A DNA stretch of 20,000 nucleotides from an uncultured Planctomycetaceae bacterium. Lineage in GTDB: Bacteria; Planctomycetota; Planctomycetia; Planctomycetales; Planctomycetaceae. The notes below the pieces were generated by a model. It searched no databases and was not told where the DNA came from. It saw only the letters and a list, made by a program, of their open reading frames with translations. The translations under genes were made by a program, and so were the position numbers. Where the stretch lies: assembly GCA_963976765.1 (NCBI GenBank), contig CAXBME010000006.1, forward strand, positions 295,470-315,469, given 5' to 3'. Positions 7,805 through 16,211 of this stretch are shown here, in pieces. Every line of letters begins with the position of its first letter. Position 1 is the first letter of the stretch.

Positions 7805-7849
7805 GAGTCATCAGTGATGTTCAAAACTTGTTGAACACGGAAGTGCAAC

Positions 7850-9166
7850 ATGAGTCATCCGGCGAGTAGTTACCCGACAGAGCGACGGAACTGGACCGTT
7901 GACGGGCGGAGAAAAATCTTTGCTCTGACGTTTCAGCGACTGCTGATCAATTCGCAGGCCATCAAGGATCTCGGATTCGAAGGCATTCACCTGCTCACCA
8001 GAATTGTTCTGATCGAAGACGAGTTGCGGCACAGCCAGCCTGTGAAGATGTGGAACACGGAGGTCGAGCACCTGCTGGGGCTGAAAGTCGATGCTATGCG
8101 TCGAGTCCGCCAAGCCTGCATTGATCACGGCTGGCTGCACTACGTCCCCGGCCGGAAGCGAAAGATCGGTCAGTATTGGGTCACCATTCCCGACGAAGCC
8201 GTGCGTGACGAGTGGTTGAATGACGACGCAGGCGAAGAAATACCCCCGCCCGTCAGCGGGGTAAAGCCGACGGAAAGCCAACACAAAGCTGACGGAAAGC
8301 CAACACAAAGCCGCACACCTTCTATTCCTGTACCTGATCCAGAAAACTCCTCCTCCACCGTTTCCGATTTCGAAAGCGGTGGAGGAGGAATTTTTGAAGA
8401 TGATGCCAACGAATCAGCCGTGTCTGAGATGCTGGCAACGAAACCGGTCGAGTCCGGTTCCGGATCGACAGCCGTGTCTGTTGATTCATCGCGGGATGCG
8501 TCTGCCGAGTCGGACGCATCCACAATGGTTCCGCCCGTGTGCGGAACTGACGAGGTGGCGATCGCCGCCACCATCGAGCGTGTGAAGTCCGAGCACTTCA
8601 CGAACAGTCTGGCGGCGGACAGGTTCGGCAACCGTAAGTTCGGCCTGGCTGACCAGGCAGTCAGAACAGCGATCGCCAGAGGTCACACGACGGCATCCGT
8701 CGATGCCATCTGTGATTTCGTGGAATCGCGACCCGGCTTCTATGGGGCCGGTGCGGTGTATGTGCGTCTCACGACTGAGGCGTACGTGACTGACGAGCCG
8801 CAAGATTCCTGGGCAACGCCAGATCCGGTGGCGTTCGCAAAATGGAAGCATCGACGGGAGCAGGAAGCCCGCCGAAAACAAGACGCAGCGGCGACAGTCC
8901 TGTACCAGCAACGAAAAGAGAAAGAGACAGCACCGCTGGTGCAACTCGAAATTCACTGGCCGGCCATCGAGAAGATGAGCACCGATGAAATTCTTGTGAT
9001 GCTGGCTGGCGAATCGCAAACGCGGAGATATTTCACCCGATCAAACTACGATCGGAACGCACCGATGATTCGGACTCGGCTTTTGAAACTCTATGCGGCA
9101 CAGCAGGAAGTTGTTCACGCGAAGTCCCGAAGTCCCGAAGAGCAGACTCAAGAGGCAGTCACATGA
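7850..9166 (+). CDS. Putative phage replication initiator (N-terminal winged-helix, internal iterons)
   Basis: N-terminal wHTH-like segment (EVEHLLGLKVDAMRRVRQACIDHGWLHYVPG...YWV), disordered middle with 11-bp tandem repeats, P.P.P.P..SSST motif, lambda O-like layout, coupled to parB. Confidence 0.65.
   Translation: MSHPASSYPTERRNWTVDGRRKIFALTFQRLLINSQAIKDLGFEGIHLLTRIVLIEDELRHSQPVKMWNTEVEHLLGLKVDAMRRVRQACIDHGWLHYVPGRKRKIGQYWVTIPDEAVRDEWLNDDAGEEIPPPVSGVKPTESQHKADGKPTQSRTPSIPVPDPENSSSTVSDFESGGGGIFEDDANESAVSEMLATKPVESGSGSTAVSVDSSRDASAESDASTMVPPVCGTDEVAIAATIERVKSEHFTNSLAADRFGNRKFGLADQAVRTAIARGHTTASVDAICDFVESRPGFYGAGAVYVRLTTEAYVTDEPQDSWATPDPVAFAKWKHRREQEARRKQDAAATVLYQQRKEKETAPLVQLEIHWPAIEKMSTDEILVMLAGESQTRRYFTRSNYDRNAPMIRTRLLKLYAAQQEVVHAKSRSPEEQTQEAVT
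8263..8316 (+). repeat. Five tandem 11-bp iteron-like units (putative origin)
   Basis: AAAGCCGACGG AAAGCCAACAC AAAGCTGACGG AAAGCCAACAC AAAGCCGCAC. Confidence 0.8.
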
Positions 9167-10737
9167 CGAAAAAGTCGCACGCTGTCGGCGACAGGCAATT
9201 CATCGGGCTCGAGAGGATCAAACCGAGCCCGTACCAGCCTCGCACTTATTTCGACGCAGACAAGCTGGCCGAACTGGCAGCCAGCATGAAATCGTCGACA
9301 CAACTAACGGACTGCCTGGTCCGCGTCTCGCCGGGATACCGGGGAGCGGGAACGCCTGAGTCCTTCGAACTGATCGGCGGTGAACGCCGGTGGCGAGCCG
9401 CAAAGACCGCCGGCATCCGGGGCGTCTGGTGCCGGGTGATCGAGGCCGATAATCAGCTCGCTCAACGACTGGCCACGTTTGACAATCTGGACCGTGAGAA
9501 CCTGACGGAAGTTGAGAAGCTTTGGGCATTCCGTAAGTTGATCGATCGCGGGGCTTGTACTCAGAAGGAGCTGGCGGCGGAACTGAAACTCACACCGGCG
9601 GCGTTGAGCAATCGTCTGAGAATTCTGACGGTGCCTGCCGAGTGGCTGGATCGGATTTCTCAAGAAACTTACGGGCTGTCGACAACTCATCTTCGCAGTC
9701 TGGTGCCGTGGATCAAACGCGAGAACGTGCTGGCGATGGTGTGGGCGGACCTGCAGGCCGAAGCGAGTAAACACGGCTCGGATTGGAAATGCACAGTCGC
9801 CGAGTTCGCGGGCATCGTGCTGTACGCGGTGAAGAAACTCAGTCGGCCACTGAAGGACGGCGAACACATCGTCCGACTGCCGGGCGTGAAGGTTCATGGT
9901 GATGTCGATGTCGCTCTGACTCCTGCACAGCGATGTGACAACGAACTGGACTGCGTCTCGGTGAAGCTGGATCCCGATGGAGGGAAAGAGAAGCGAGCCT
10001 TCAATGTCGAGTTATGGGAGACGTTCCAGCTTGAAAGCGAGCAGGCACAGAGAGCGGAATCGAAACCGTCTCCAGCGAAGAAATCGGAAGTCGCCGAAGA
10101 AAGACGGGATGAGTTCCAGCGAAAGCTCTATCGCTGGAAGCTGACGCAACTGCAACGCATGATTGTGGAGAGATTCGAATCCGTGTCAGGGCCGATCGAT
10201 CAGCAGAATGTTCCGTTTCCGGAAATCGTCCAGCTGCACCTGCTGTGGTTCGCCTGCCACGGTGATTCAAGACAAACCAACGCGAGAAGCGAAGACCTGG
10301 CCGATCCTGTCAGCGAGGCCGGCGGCAGAGCTATCCGTCACGGAGGCCAGATTTTCAATCCAGTGAGTGTCTTTGAGACACTCGACACGATCGCCGCCGG
10401 CAGGGAGCATCGCAACAAAGTGTTCCGTGCCGTGGGTCTCTGCCTGGCGAACTGGTGGTCTGCCGATTTCGAAGGTCCACGCCGTGGCGTGACGCCGGCA
10501 GCGATCGAATGGGCCGCCGGCCAGTTTGGCTTCGATGTCTGCTCTCCGTGGCGACTGACTCGCGATTTCCTCTCACTGTATTCGGTAGCTGGCCTGAAGA
10601 CTCTGGCGGATGAATGGGCGCACGCCTTCGACGCAAAGACTGCCGGGAAAGAGTCGATGATCAATGAACTACTGGATTGGTGCGACGAAAAGCCTGCCCC
10701 GCAATCACTCGCAAAACTGAAGGCGATGGAGCTGTGA
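9163..10737 (+). CDS. ParB/RepB/Spo0J-family protein with long C-terminal extension
   Basis: IKPSPYQPRTYFD..LAELAASMK, arginine patch FELIGGERRWRAAK, NLDRENLT.VE, HTH TQKELAAELKLTPAALSNRLRIL. Confidence 0.9.
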   Translation: MTKKSHAVGDRQFIGLERIKPSPYQPRTYFDADKLAELAASMKSSTQLTDCLVRVSPGYRGAGTPESFELIGGERRWRAAKTAGIRGVWCRVIEADNQLAQRLATFDNLDRENLTEVEKLWAFRKLIDRGACTQKELAAELKLTPAALSNRLRILTVPAEWLDRISQETYGLSTTHLRSLVPWIKRENVLAMVWADLQAEASKHGSDWKCTVAEFAGIVLYAVKKLSRPLKDGEHIVRLPGVKVHGDVDVALTPAQRCDNELDCVSVKLDPDGGKEKRAFNVELWETFQLESEQAQRAESKPSPAKKSEVAEERRDEFQRKLYRWKLTQLQRMIVERFESVSGPIDQQNVPFPEIVQLHLLWFACHGDSRQTNARSEDLADPVSEAGGRAIRHGGQIFNPVSVFETLDTIAAGREHRNKVFRAVGLCLANWWSADFEGPRRGVTPAAIEWAAGQFGFDVCSPWRLTRDFLSLYSVAGLKTLADEWAHAFDAKTAGKESMINELLDWCDEKPAPQSLAKLKAMEL

Positions 10738-10826
10738 CCGCTACGTGACAAACAGCCACCTTTGATCGATTGAATGGATTATCTACCACTCGCGCCGTTC
10801 TGATTTCATTCAAAGGATAGACAACC

Positions 10827-11603
10827 ATGGTGTGTGCTGCGAAAACGCTTCCTGAGCCTTACTACGAACGCGACGGAATCCGGATTTATCACGGAGAGTC
10901 GTTTTACATTCTCGACGCCCTGCAGGGCCTGTCGGCAATCGTCACCGATCCGCCGTACTCGTCCGGCGGAACATTCAGCGGTGCTCGTGTGCAGAGTACT
11001 GTCTCGAAATATGTGCAGAGCGGCACTGTCCGTCGCCTGCCCAACTTCAGCGGAGACAATCGAGACCAGCGGAGCTTTCGGTTCTGGTCGACTCTCTGGC
11101 TGACGGCAGCGTTTCACGCCACGGTGCCCGGTGCCGTAATCTGTTCGTTCATTGACTGGCGGCAGCTGCCGACGCTGACTGATGCCATTCAGGCCGGCGG
11201 CTGGACTTGGCGAGGTGTCGGCGTCTGGTCGAAGGGATTCGGACGCCCGGGCCCGAATCGATTCAGTTCAGCGTGTGAATATCTGGTATGGGGTTCCAAC
11301 GGTCCCATGCCGAACGAAAAACAAGACGCGGTTTACCCGTCCGGGATCGTCGAATGTTCTGTGGCTTGCGGGAAAACGAAGCTGCACATTGCTCAGAAGC
11401 CCGACAAGGTGGCGGAATGGTCTTTGTCGATCGTGCCACCTGGCGGAACGATCTGCGATCCGTTCATGGGTTCCGGTTCAACGCTGGTCGCCGCTCGCAA
11501 GCGTGGCATCAAGGCCATCGGAATCGAATGCGACGAACAGTCGTGCGAGGTCGCGGCAAAACGAATCGACGATCAGATCACCAGCGAATGCGCTGATTGT
11601 TGA
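10827..11603 (+). CDS. Orphan DNA N6-adenine/N4-cytosine methyltransferase (beta class)
   Basis: Motif IV TDPPY precedes H..QKP and motif I DPFMGSGST...IGIE. No adjacent restriction gene recognised. Confidence 0.93.
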   Translation: MVCAAKTLPEPYYERDGIRIYHGESFYILDALQGLSAIVTDPPYSSGGTFSGARVQSTVSKYVQSGTVRRLPNFSGDNRDQRSFRFWSTLWLTAAFHATVPGAVICSFIDWRQLPTLTDAIQAGGWTWRGVGVWSKGFGRPGPNRFSSACEYLVWGSNGPMPNEKQDAVYPSGIVECSVACGKTKLHIAQKPDKVAEWSLSIVPPGGTICDPFMGSGSTLVAARKRGIKAIGIECDEQSCEVAAKRIDDQITSECADC

Positions 11604-11657
11604 CCAGAACGAACTCTCTAATGAAGTGTCCACAAATGATGGATTACCCGGAGAGGC

Positions 11658-12419
11658 TTATTCAGTGTACAGCTCGTCTTGCAGATAGTTGCGATGTTCG
11701 TACAGCGCGTAGCGAAGAGCGTCTTCAGGCACGCCTTCCCCCAGAAGCCGGGCGTAGGCATCGCTTTTTCGAGGATGGAGACAAAGGAAACTGAGCGTAT
11801 CGTAGAACGTGCCGATCGCGATGTGACCGCCAAAGTGGTCTGAGTTCGCAAAGGCTACATATGGGAATCGAGCCGGAATCAGGCGGTTGGAAAGGTCGCA
11901 GGAGTTGTCTCGTGTTCGGGATGCAGTCACTCGCCCGCCGCGCTGATCAAATTCACGACCGTGAAACAGGTCTGAGAATACTGCTGTCAGTTGTCTCAAT
12001 TCGTATTCGCACATCCCGAAGAACAGTCGAGTCAGTGGTTCGTGAACCTCATCATTCTTCCGATCAAGAACCCGGAATCCAACATCAGAGCCACCATCAG
12101 GCAAGAGCACGCTGAACTGCTCCATGATCTTGACCGGCTTATCTGTGTCAAAAGTCCGCTCAAATGAAGAAGTTCGAAACAGGCGGCCACCGGAGAGTTG
12201 AATGTACGATTGGCAATCATCGAGCCGCTGCGACGACCTTCTGTACCTTCGCCGAATAAACTGATCATCATCACCGTCGTAAATCTGGTCGTGAAAGAAG
12301 CAGATGCGATCGTCGGCGTAGATGACCGGGTGGAATCGAATCCCGTCCAGATCCAGATCACGCTCAGCTATTGCCGATCCATCAATGTCATCAAACTTAA
12401 TTCCTTCGAGACTCGCCAT
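11658..12419 (-). CDS. Hypothetical protein (253 aa), accessory
   Basis: Fills the gap between the MTase and HTH genes, GGGGGA upstream of ATG, plausible composition; no motif recognised. Confidence 0.65.
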   Translation of the reverse strand: MASLEGIKFDDIDGSAIAERDLDLDGIRFHPVIYADDRICFFHDQIYDGDDDQFIRRRYRRSSQRLDDCQSYIQLSGGRLFRTSSFERTFDTDKPVKIMEQFSVLLPDGGSDVGFRVLDRKNDEVHEPLTRLFFGMCEYELRQLTAVFSDLFHGREFDQRGGRVTASRTRDNSCDLSNRLIPARFPYVAFANSDHFGGHIAIGTFYDTLSFLCLHPRKSDAYARLLGEGVPEDALRYALYEHRNYLQDELYTE

Positions 12420-12497
12420 GGCTGTGCTGTTCCCCCGGATGGTGTCACGTATTTTCCAAACCAGATCATAGATGGTTTGTTCAGAGGCTCCCTGTGT

Positions 12498-12686
12498 TCA
12501 ATCGACCTTCAGTGATTTCAGGCCGACGGCGGCGGCGAGTCTGGCCAGGTCGGCCATGCGTGGCTCGCGAGTTTTATTCAACCACGTCCAGACGGTCCTC
12601 TGATCGCGTTCAATCAGCAGCGCGACATCTGAGACCGTCAGTTTTTTCTGCTCACGACGGGCGTTGATCTGGTCGACGAAATCCAT
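12498..12686 (-). CDS. XRE/Cro-C1 helix-turn-helix regulator (62 aa)
   Basis: INARREQKKLTVSDVALLIERDQRTVWTWLNKTREPRMADLARLAAAVG; GGGAG RBS. Confidence 0.88.
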   Translation of the reverse strand: MDFVDQINARREQKKLTVSDVALLIERDQRTVWTWLNKTREPRMADLARLAAAVGLKSLKVD

Positions 12687-12689
12687 CGG

Positions 12690-12917
12690 TCACGCTCCCT
12701 GTCCCTGTGGAGCGTACAGGTCATAAGCGGCAGCTGGTGACGGGATTGACTCCCCATCTTCACGCATGCCGGACAGGTGCAACTCGATCGCCTCGCGGAT
12801 CAGCGAGGCCGCTTCTTCCCGCGTTTTCCCGACGGCGACACAGCCGGGCAGGTCAGGGACGTAAGCGCCCCAGTCACTGTCTTCCGACTTTTCGATCACG
12901 ATCAGATACTGACTCAT
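12690..12917 (-). CDS. hicB: HicB-family antitoxin (short, no DNA-binding domain)
   Basis: YLIVIEK...WGAYVPDLPGCVAVGKTREEA...IREAIELHL..M.EDGESIP.P; GGGGAG RBS before ATG 12917. Confidence 0.93.
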   Translation of the reverse strand: MSQYLIVIEKSEDSDWGAYVPDLPGCVAVGKTREEAASLIREAIELHLSGMREDGESIPSPAAAYDLYAPQGQGA

Positions 12918-12938
12918 TTCTACCAACTCCCCGCCGGC

Positions 12939-13130
12939 CTACTTGAGGCCGGCCTGTTTCAGAATACTGTTGAGTGTTCCGGGCGGCAGAACACTGTTTG
13001 GCTTGCCGGCCACGGTGACACGCCCCGACTTCGTCGCGTGTTTGAACTGACGGTGACTGCCTTTCTGAGCCACCAGCATCCAACCGTCATTGTCGAGCTG
13101 TTTCAGAATGTCCCGCACTGTCGTCGCCAT
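12939..13130 (-). CDS. hicA: HicA-family mRNA interferase toxin
   Basis: L..DGW....QKGSHRQFKH..K.GRVTV........PGTLNSILKQAGL with the catalytic His in GSH; AGGAG RBS. Confidence 0.95.
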   Translation of the reverse strand: MATTVRDILKQLDNDGWMLVAQKGSHRQFKHATKSGRVTVAGKPNSVLPPGTLNSILKQAGLK

Positions 13131-13159
13131 GTCTGTCGCTCCTGCCTTGTGATATCGTC

Positions 13160-13221
13160 ATTCTACAAATTGTAGAATCGGACACAATACAGACCGCCGG
13201 GATATTCTACAAATTGTAGAA
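13160..13221. promoter_or_regulatory. Two palindromic operators upstream of hicA
   Basis: ATTCTACAAATTGTAGAA at 13160-13177 and 13204-13221 (44-bp period). The proximal copy contains a minus-strand -10 TAGAAT with TTGTGT 16 nt upstream. Confidence 0.85.
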
Positions 13222-13256
13222 AATCATAAGATTGATCAGCAACGGGTGCTGTCGGG

Positions 13257-13538
13257 TCAGTGGCTGAGGTCATCGCACATCGCGCAGGATTCCACGCCGG
13301 AGTCGGCAGGCTGGCCGGACTCAATACAGAGAGTGGCGAGCAGGTTGCAGTGCCAGGCGGTGACTGGCTCACTCGCTTGTTGCCCGCAACAGCGACGGAG
13401 TCTGCATGTGCCGGACTCGGCGCCACGATGGATGCAGGGGACATGACTGTCCGCGCGCGGAACCGGCGGTGTTGTCGGTCGAGCTACCGGCGACCATGGC
13501 GTGCCGGAATCGGACGGCTCAAATGGCGATACGATCAT
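13257..13538 (-). CDS. Small Cys-rich protein (93 aa), last gene of late block
   Basis: ATGA overlap with upstream gene; CIHRG...C...CC...WHC...LC...CAMC. Confidence 0.65.
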   Translation of the reverse strand: MIVSPFEPSDSGTPWSPVARPTTPPVPRADSHVPCIHRGAESGTCRLRRCCGQQASEPVTAWHCNLLATLCIESGQPADSGVESCAMCDDLSH

Positions 13539-15409
13539 CTCATCCAGACCCTGAAATCACTGAGTCTGCCGCCGCAAAGCCCGACCAGTCCCAGACGCAT
13601 CTGCTGATCAGACGCCACTGTCCAGTGCCGCCCCAGCAGGCCACTGCCTGCTGCCAGTGGTAGGACGGCGTTCGTGACCAGCCGGCCATTGATCCAGATC
13701 CCGTAACTCATCATCCACTCACGCCAGACTCGCTGGATGGCAACACAATCGAAATTTTCGAGAATGCCCTGGACGACTGCCTGATTGATCAGCACGTCGG
13801 CGTCGCTTACCGACCGCCGAATCACGACTCGCACGCGGTCGCCCGACAGCGGACGTTGCACGCCAGACCAACTGCTCGCGCCGCAGTCCGGGTTTCCGCT
13901 GCCGCTACTCGCCGCGCCGGTGGCTCCGGTGTAGTTACATTCGATGTTGGAGTTTCCAGCGTAGGACGGCAGCGGTTGCGTGTGCCGGTTGCTCGCAGTG
14001 TCTCGCTGACAATGGAGTTTCAGGTGAACACCCGCCGGACCGCAATCGTGATCCTGATGCCAGCTTTCTCGACGTAGCGTCAGCCGGATGAAGCTGTCGA
14101 TCCAGATGCCCGCGTCGACTTCACGCTCATGGTATGGCTGCGAGCCATCGATATGATCGGCCTCGTCAATGGTGTGCCACGTGAAATCGATCTGAAGCCG
14201 AAAGTCTTCGGGAAAGGTCAGACTCGGCAGCGAAATCATCGGCGGACTCAGCCTCATGGCGTGATATTTCTCCGCCGCGAACAGCGTGTCGATTCCGTCC
14301 TGTCCTACCAGGCCATCAACCAGCACTGTCGGCCTGATGCCGCTGCATGAAAGCAGCTGCTGCTGGCCAATTGGCGCGTCCCAATCCTGGAGAATTTCCA
14401 GCGGATACCCATCGTCCCAGCCAGACGGAATGGCCGTCAGCGGCTCGTCGATCAGCAGCGTGCCAGCATTGACCACCGCACCAATCTCGTCATTCATTTT
14501 CGGCACGCCGTGCGTTTCGATAGACAGCCAGAGATGATCGACGACGACATCCAGCAGATACTCGCCTTCAGATGTGCCAGGGTCCGTGTCCTGCATGTCC
14601 GGATCATGGCCGCTCAACAAAAATGCGATGCCGAATTTTGTGATCGGCCTGGAAACGACGTCGAAACTCAAATCGGGTCTCTGATCAGTATCCCAGACTC
14701 CGTCAGTGTCGATCACGGAGAAGAACGATTCGCATCGGCCAAGGTACGGATCGGGCATACCTGCTTGCCTGCGTCCCTCCGAGTAATACGGCGAGCGAAA
14801 GAAGTCGGAAAGGCCGAAGCCGAAATCGGCGGTGTCGGCGACTGTGCCGGTGAATGGCGACCAGCAACCCTTGAGGAATTGATTCCCGCTCGAACCGATC
14901 CACCACGAAAAGTATTTGACGCCGGCCTGTTCAATTACGATGGCTACGCGTACTCGTGGGCGAGCGTTTTCGTCCAGAGTCAGCGGCGACCGTTTGTTGT
15001 GCAGCCGCCAGGCACCACGGGCTCGCATGTTCTTGATCGAGCCCTGCACGCTCGGATCATAGGTCGCGCCGGAGTCGTCCCACAAAATAGTGCCAGCCAC
15101 CCACGGATCAGCACTGGCACTGGTCGCGGCAATTGTCACCCGACGACTGCCGCCACTGTCGGCGCCTGGGGCCGTGCGGCTGTCTGCCGCAACGCTGACA
15201 GTCGCTGCAACGCTGCCGAACGTGACTGTCTCAGTGGTCAGCGACTGCTCTCCGTCTCGCTCGTCAATAATCAGGATGCCAGCCGCGTCACCGGCATCAG
15301 CTCCGGCAAAGGTGATCGGCACCGGCAACGCTAATGGCGGACACTCAAAACAGTGGCACATACATTCCGCGTCGGAATTACCGACTGGAGTTCCGATTTT
15401 CATCATCAA
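13535..15409 (-). CDS. Putative virion/tail-associated protein (624 aa)
   Basis: Long ORF coupled at both ends by 4-nt overlaps, N-terminal CMCHCFEC, G/D/S/T-rich beta-type sequence. Function inferred from context only. Confidence 0.6.
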   Translation of the reverse strand: MMMKIGTPVGNSDAECMCHCFECPPLALPVPITFAGADAGDAAGILIIDERDGEQSLTTETVTFGSVAATVSVAADSRTAPGADSGGSRRVTIAATSASADPWVAGTILWDDSGATYDPSVQGSIKNMRARGAWRLHNKRSPLTLDENARPRVRVAIVIEQAGVKYFSWWIGSSGNQFLKGCWSPFTGTVADTADFGFGLSDFFRSPYYSEGRRQAGMPDPYLGRCESFFSVIDTDGVWDTDQRPDLSFDVVSRPITKFGIAFLLSGHDPDMQDTDPGTSEGEYLLDVVVDHLWLSIETHGVPKMNDEIGAVVNAGTLLIDEPLTAIPSGWDDGYPLEILQDWDAPIGQQQLLSCSGIRPTVLVDGLVGQDGIDTLFAAEKYHAMRLSPPMISLPSLTFPEDFRLQIDFTWHTIDEADHIDGSQPYHEREVDAGIWIDSFIRLTLRRESWHQDHDCGPAGVHLKLHCQRDTASNRHTQPLPSYAGNSNIECNYTGATGAASSGSGNPDCGASSWSGVQRPLSGDRVRVVIRRSVSDADVLINQAVVQGILENFDCVAIQRVWREWMMSYGIWINGRLVTNAVLPLAAGSGLLGRHWTVASDQQMRLGLVGLCGGRLSDFRVWMR

Positions 15410-16200
15410 TCAAATTCCAGTTCGGACGACTGGCAACCCAACGCGACGAGACGCCATTTGCTGCCCTGGAGTCTTGCCAACGCCAACGTGCTCTCGTCGG
15501 CTGAGACGTTTTCCCACATGCTGTTCAATTCAATATCGTCATCCGTGCTCGACCATACGCCGGAACTGTCAAAGTCATAGATTCTCGCATTGACGGTCGA
15601 TGGCGTCAGGACGGGCGGCGAACCGCTGACGGTTGGCGGCTGAAGGTCTGTGACCAGGTAGCAGAACGCTTCGGCGGTGAACGGCGTCAGGTCGACCGTT
15701 GCCCATTGCTCGCCCGTGGCTGTGAACGGTCTCGGCCAGCGAATCAGACCGCCGCCGGCTCCGCACGTCTCCAGAAGGCCGAGCGTGTTGTGTTGCGGCC
15801 TGACATATTGATGCTCGACGTTAAGGACGTTGACCCTGCAGTTCAGGCGCCCCTCGAGGCGAGCAAGGCCGACTCGGCCATCAGGAATAGCATGCAGGCT
15901 GACGGCAAAACGATCCAGATGGTCGGCATGTGTCGGCTTGATGCTGTTCCAGATTTCGCCATCCCGAAAACTCGATTCAAAGTCGGCAGGGTCGTTCTTT
16001 ACTGCGTCAAGTCCGACGGCCTGGAACTGCTCGACCGTGACACCGGTGTTGTTGAAGATCGGAAACTGATCTCCGTGGGCAGCGGAGAACAGCGGGCGGT
16101 TGCCAAACTGATCGCGATCATTCGCGGCATCTATCGCCGCATTCATCTTCTGGACAGGGATGCGGCGTACCCGCTGGCCACGCTTGAAATTGTGCGGCAT
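15406..16200 (-). CDS. Putative tail-associated protein (264 aa)
   Basis: GAGG RBS; N-terminal FKRGQRVRRIP...MNAAIDAA and NNTG..VEQFQAVGL...IPDGRVG.ARLEG resemble phage tail-region proteins; operon context. Confidence 0.6.
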   Translation of the reverse strand: MPHNFKRGQRVRRIPVQKMNAAIDAANDRDQFGNRPLFSAAHGDQFPIFNNTGVTVEQFQAVGLDAVKNDPADFESSFRDGEIWNSIKPTHADHLDRFAVSLHAIPDGRVGLARLEGRLNCRVNVLNVEHQYVRPQHNTLGLLETCGAGGGLIRWPRPFTATGEQWATVDLTPFTAEAFCYLVTDLQPPTVSGSPPVLTPSTVNARIYDFDSSGVWSSTDDDIELNSMWENVSADESTLALARLQGSKWRLVALGCQSSELEFD

Positions 16201-16211
16201 TTAGACCTCAA

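Noticed and set aside
10827..12419. Type II restriction-modification pair (MTase plus convergent 253-aa gene)
   Set aside because: No convincing PD-(D/E)xK, HNH or GIY-YIG motif seen, and the MTase looks like a typical solitary phage enzyme in the replication operon; not fully excluded without a structure search.
12498..12686. HTH gene as the master CI repressor
   Set aside because: Only 62 aa with no peptidase/dimerisation domain, far from the early promoter and embedded in the hicAB unit; local regulation is more likely.
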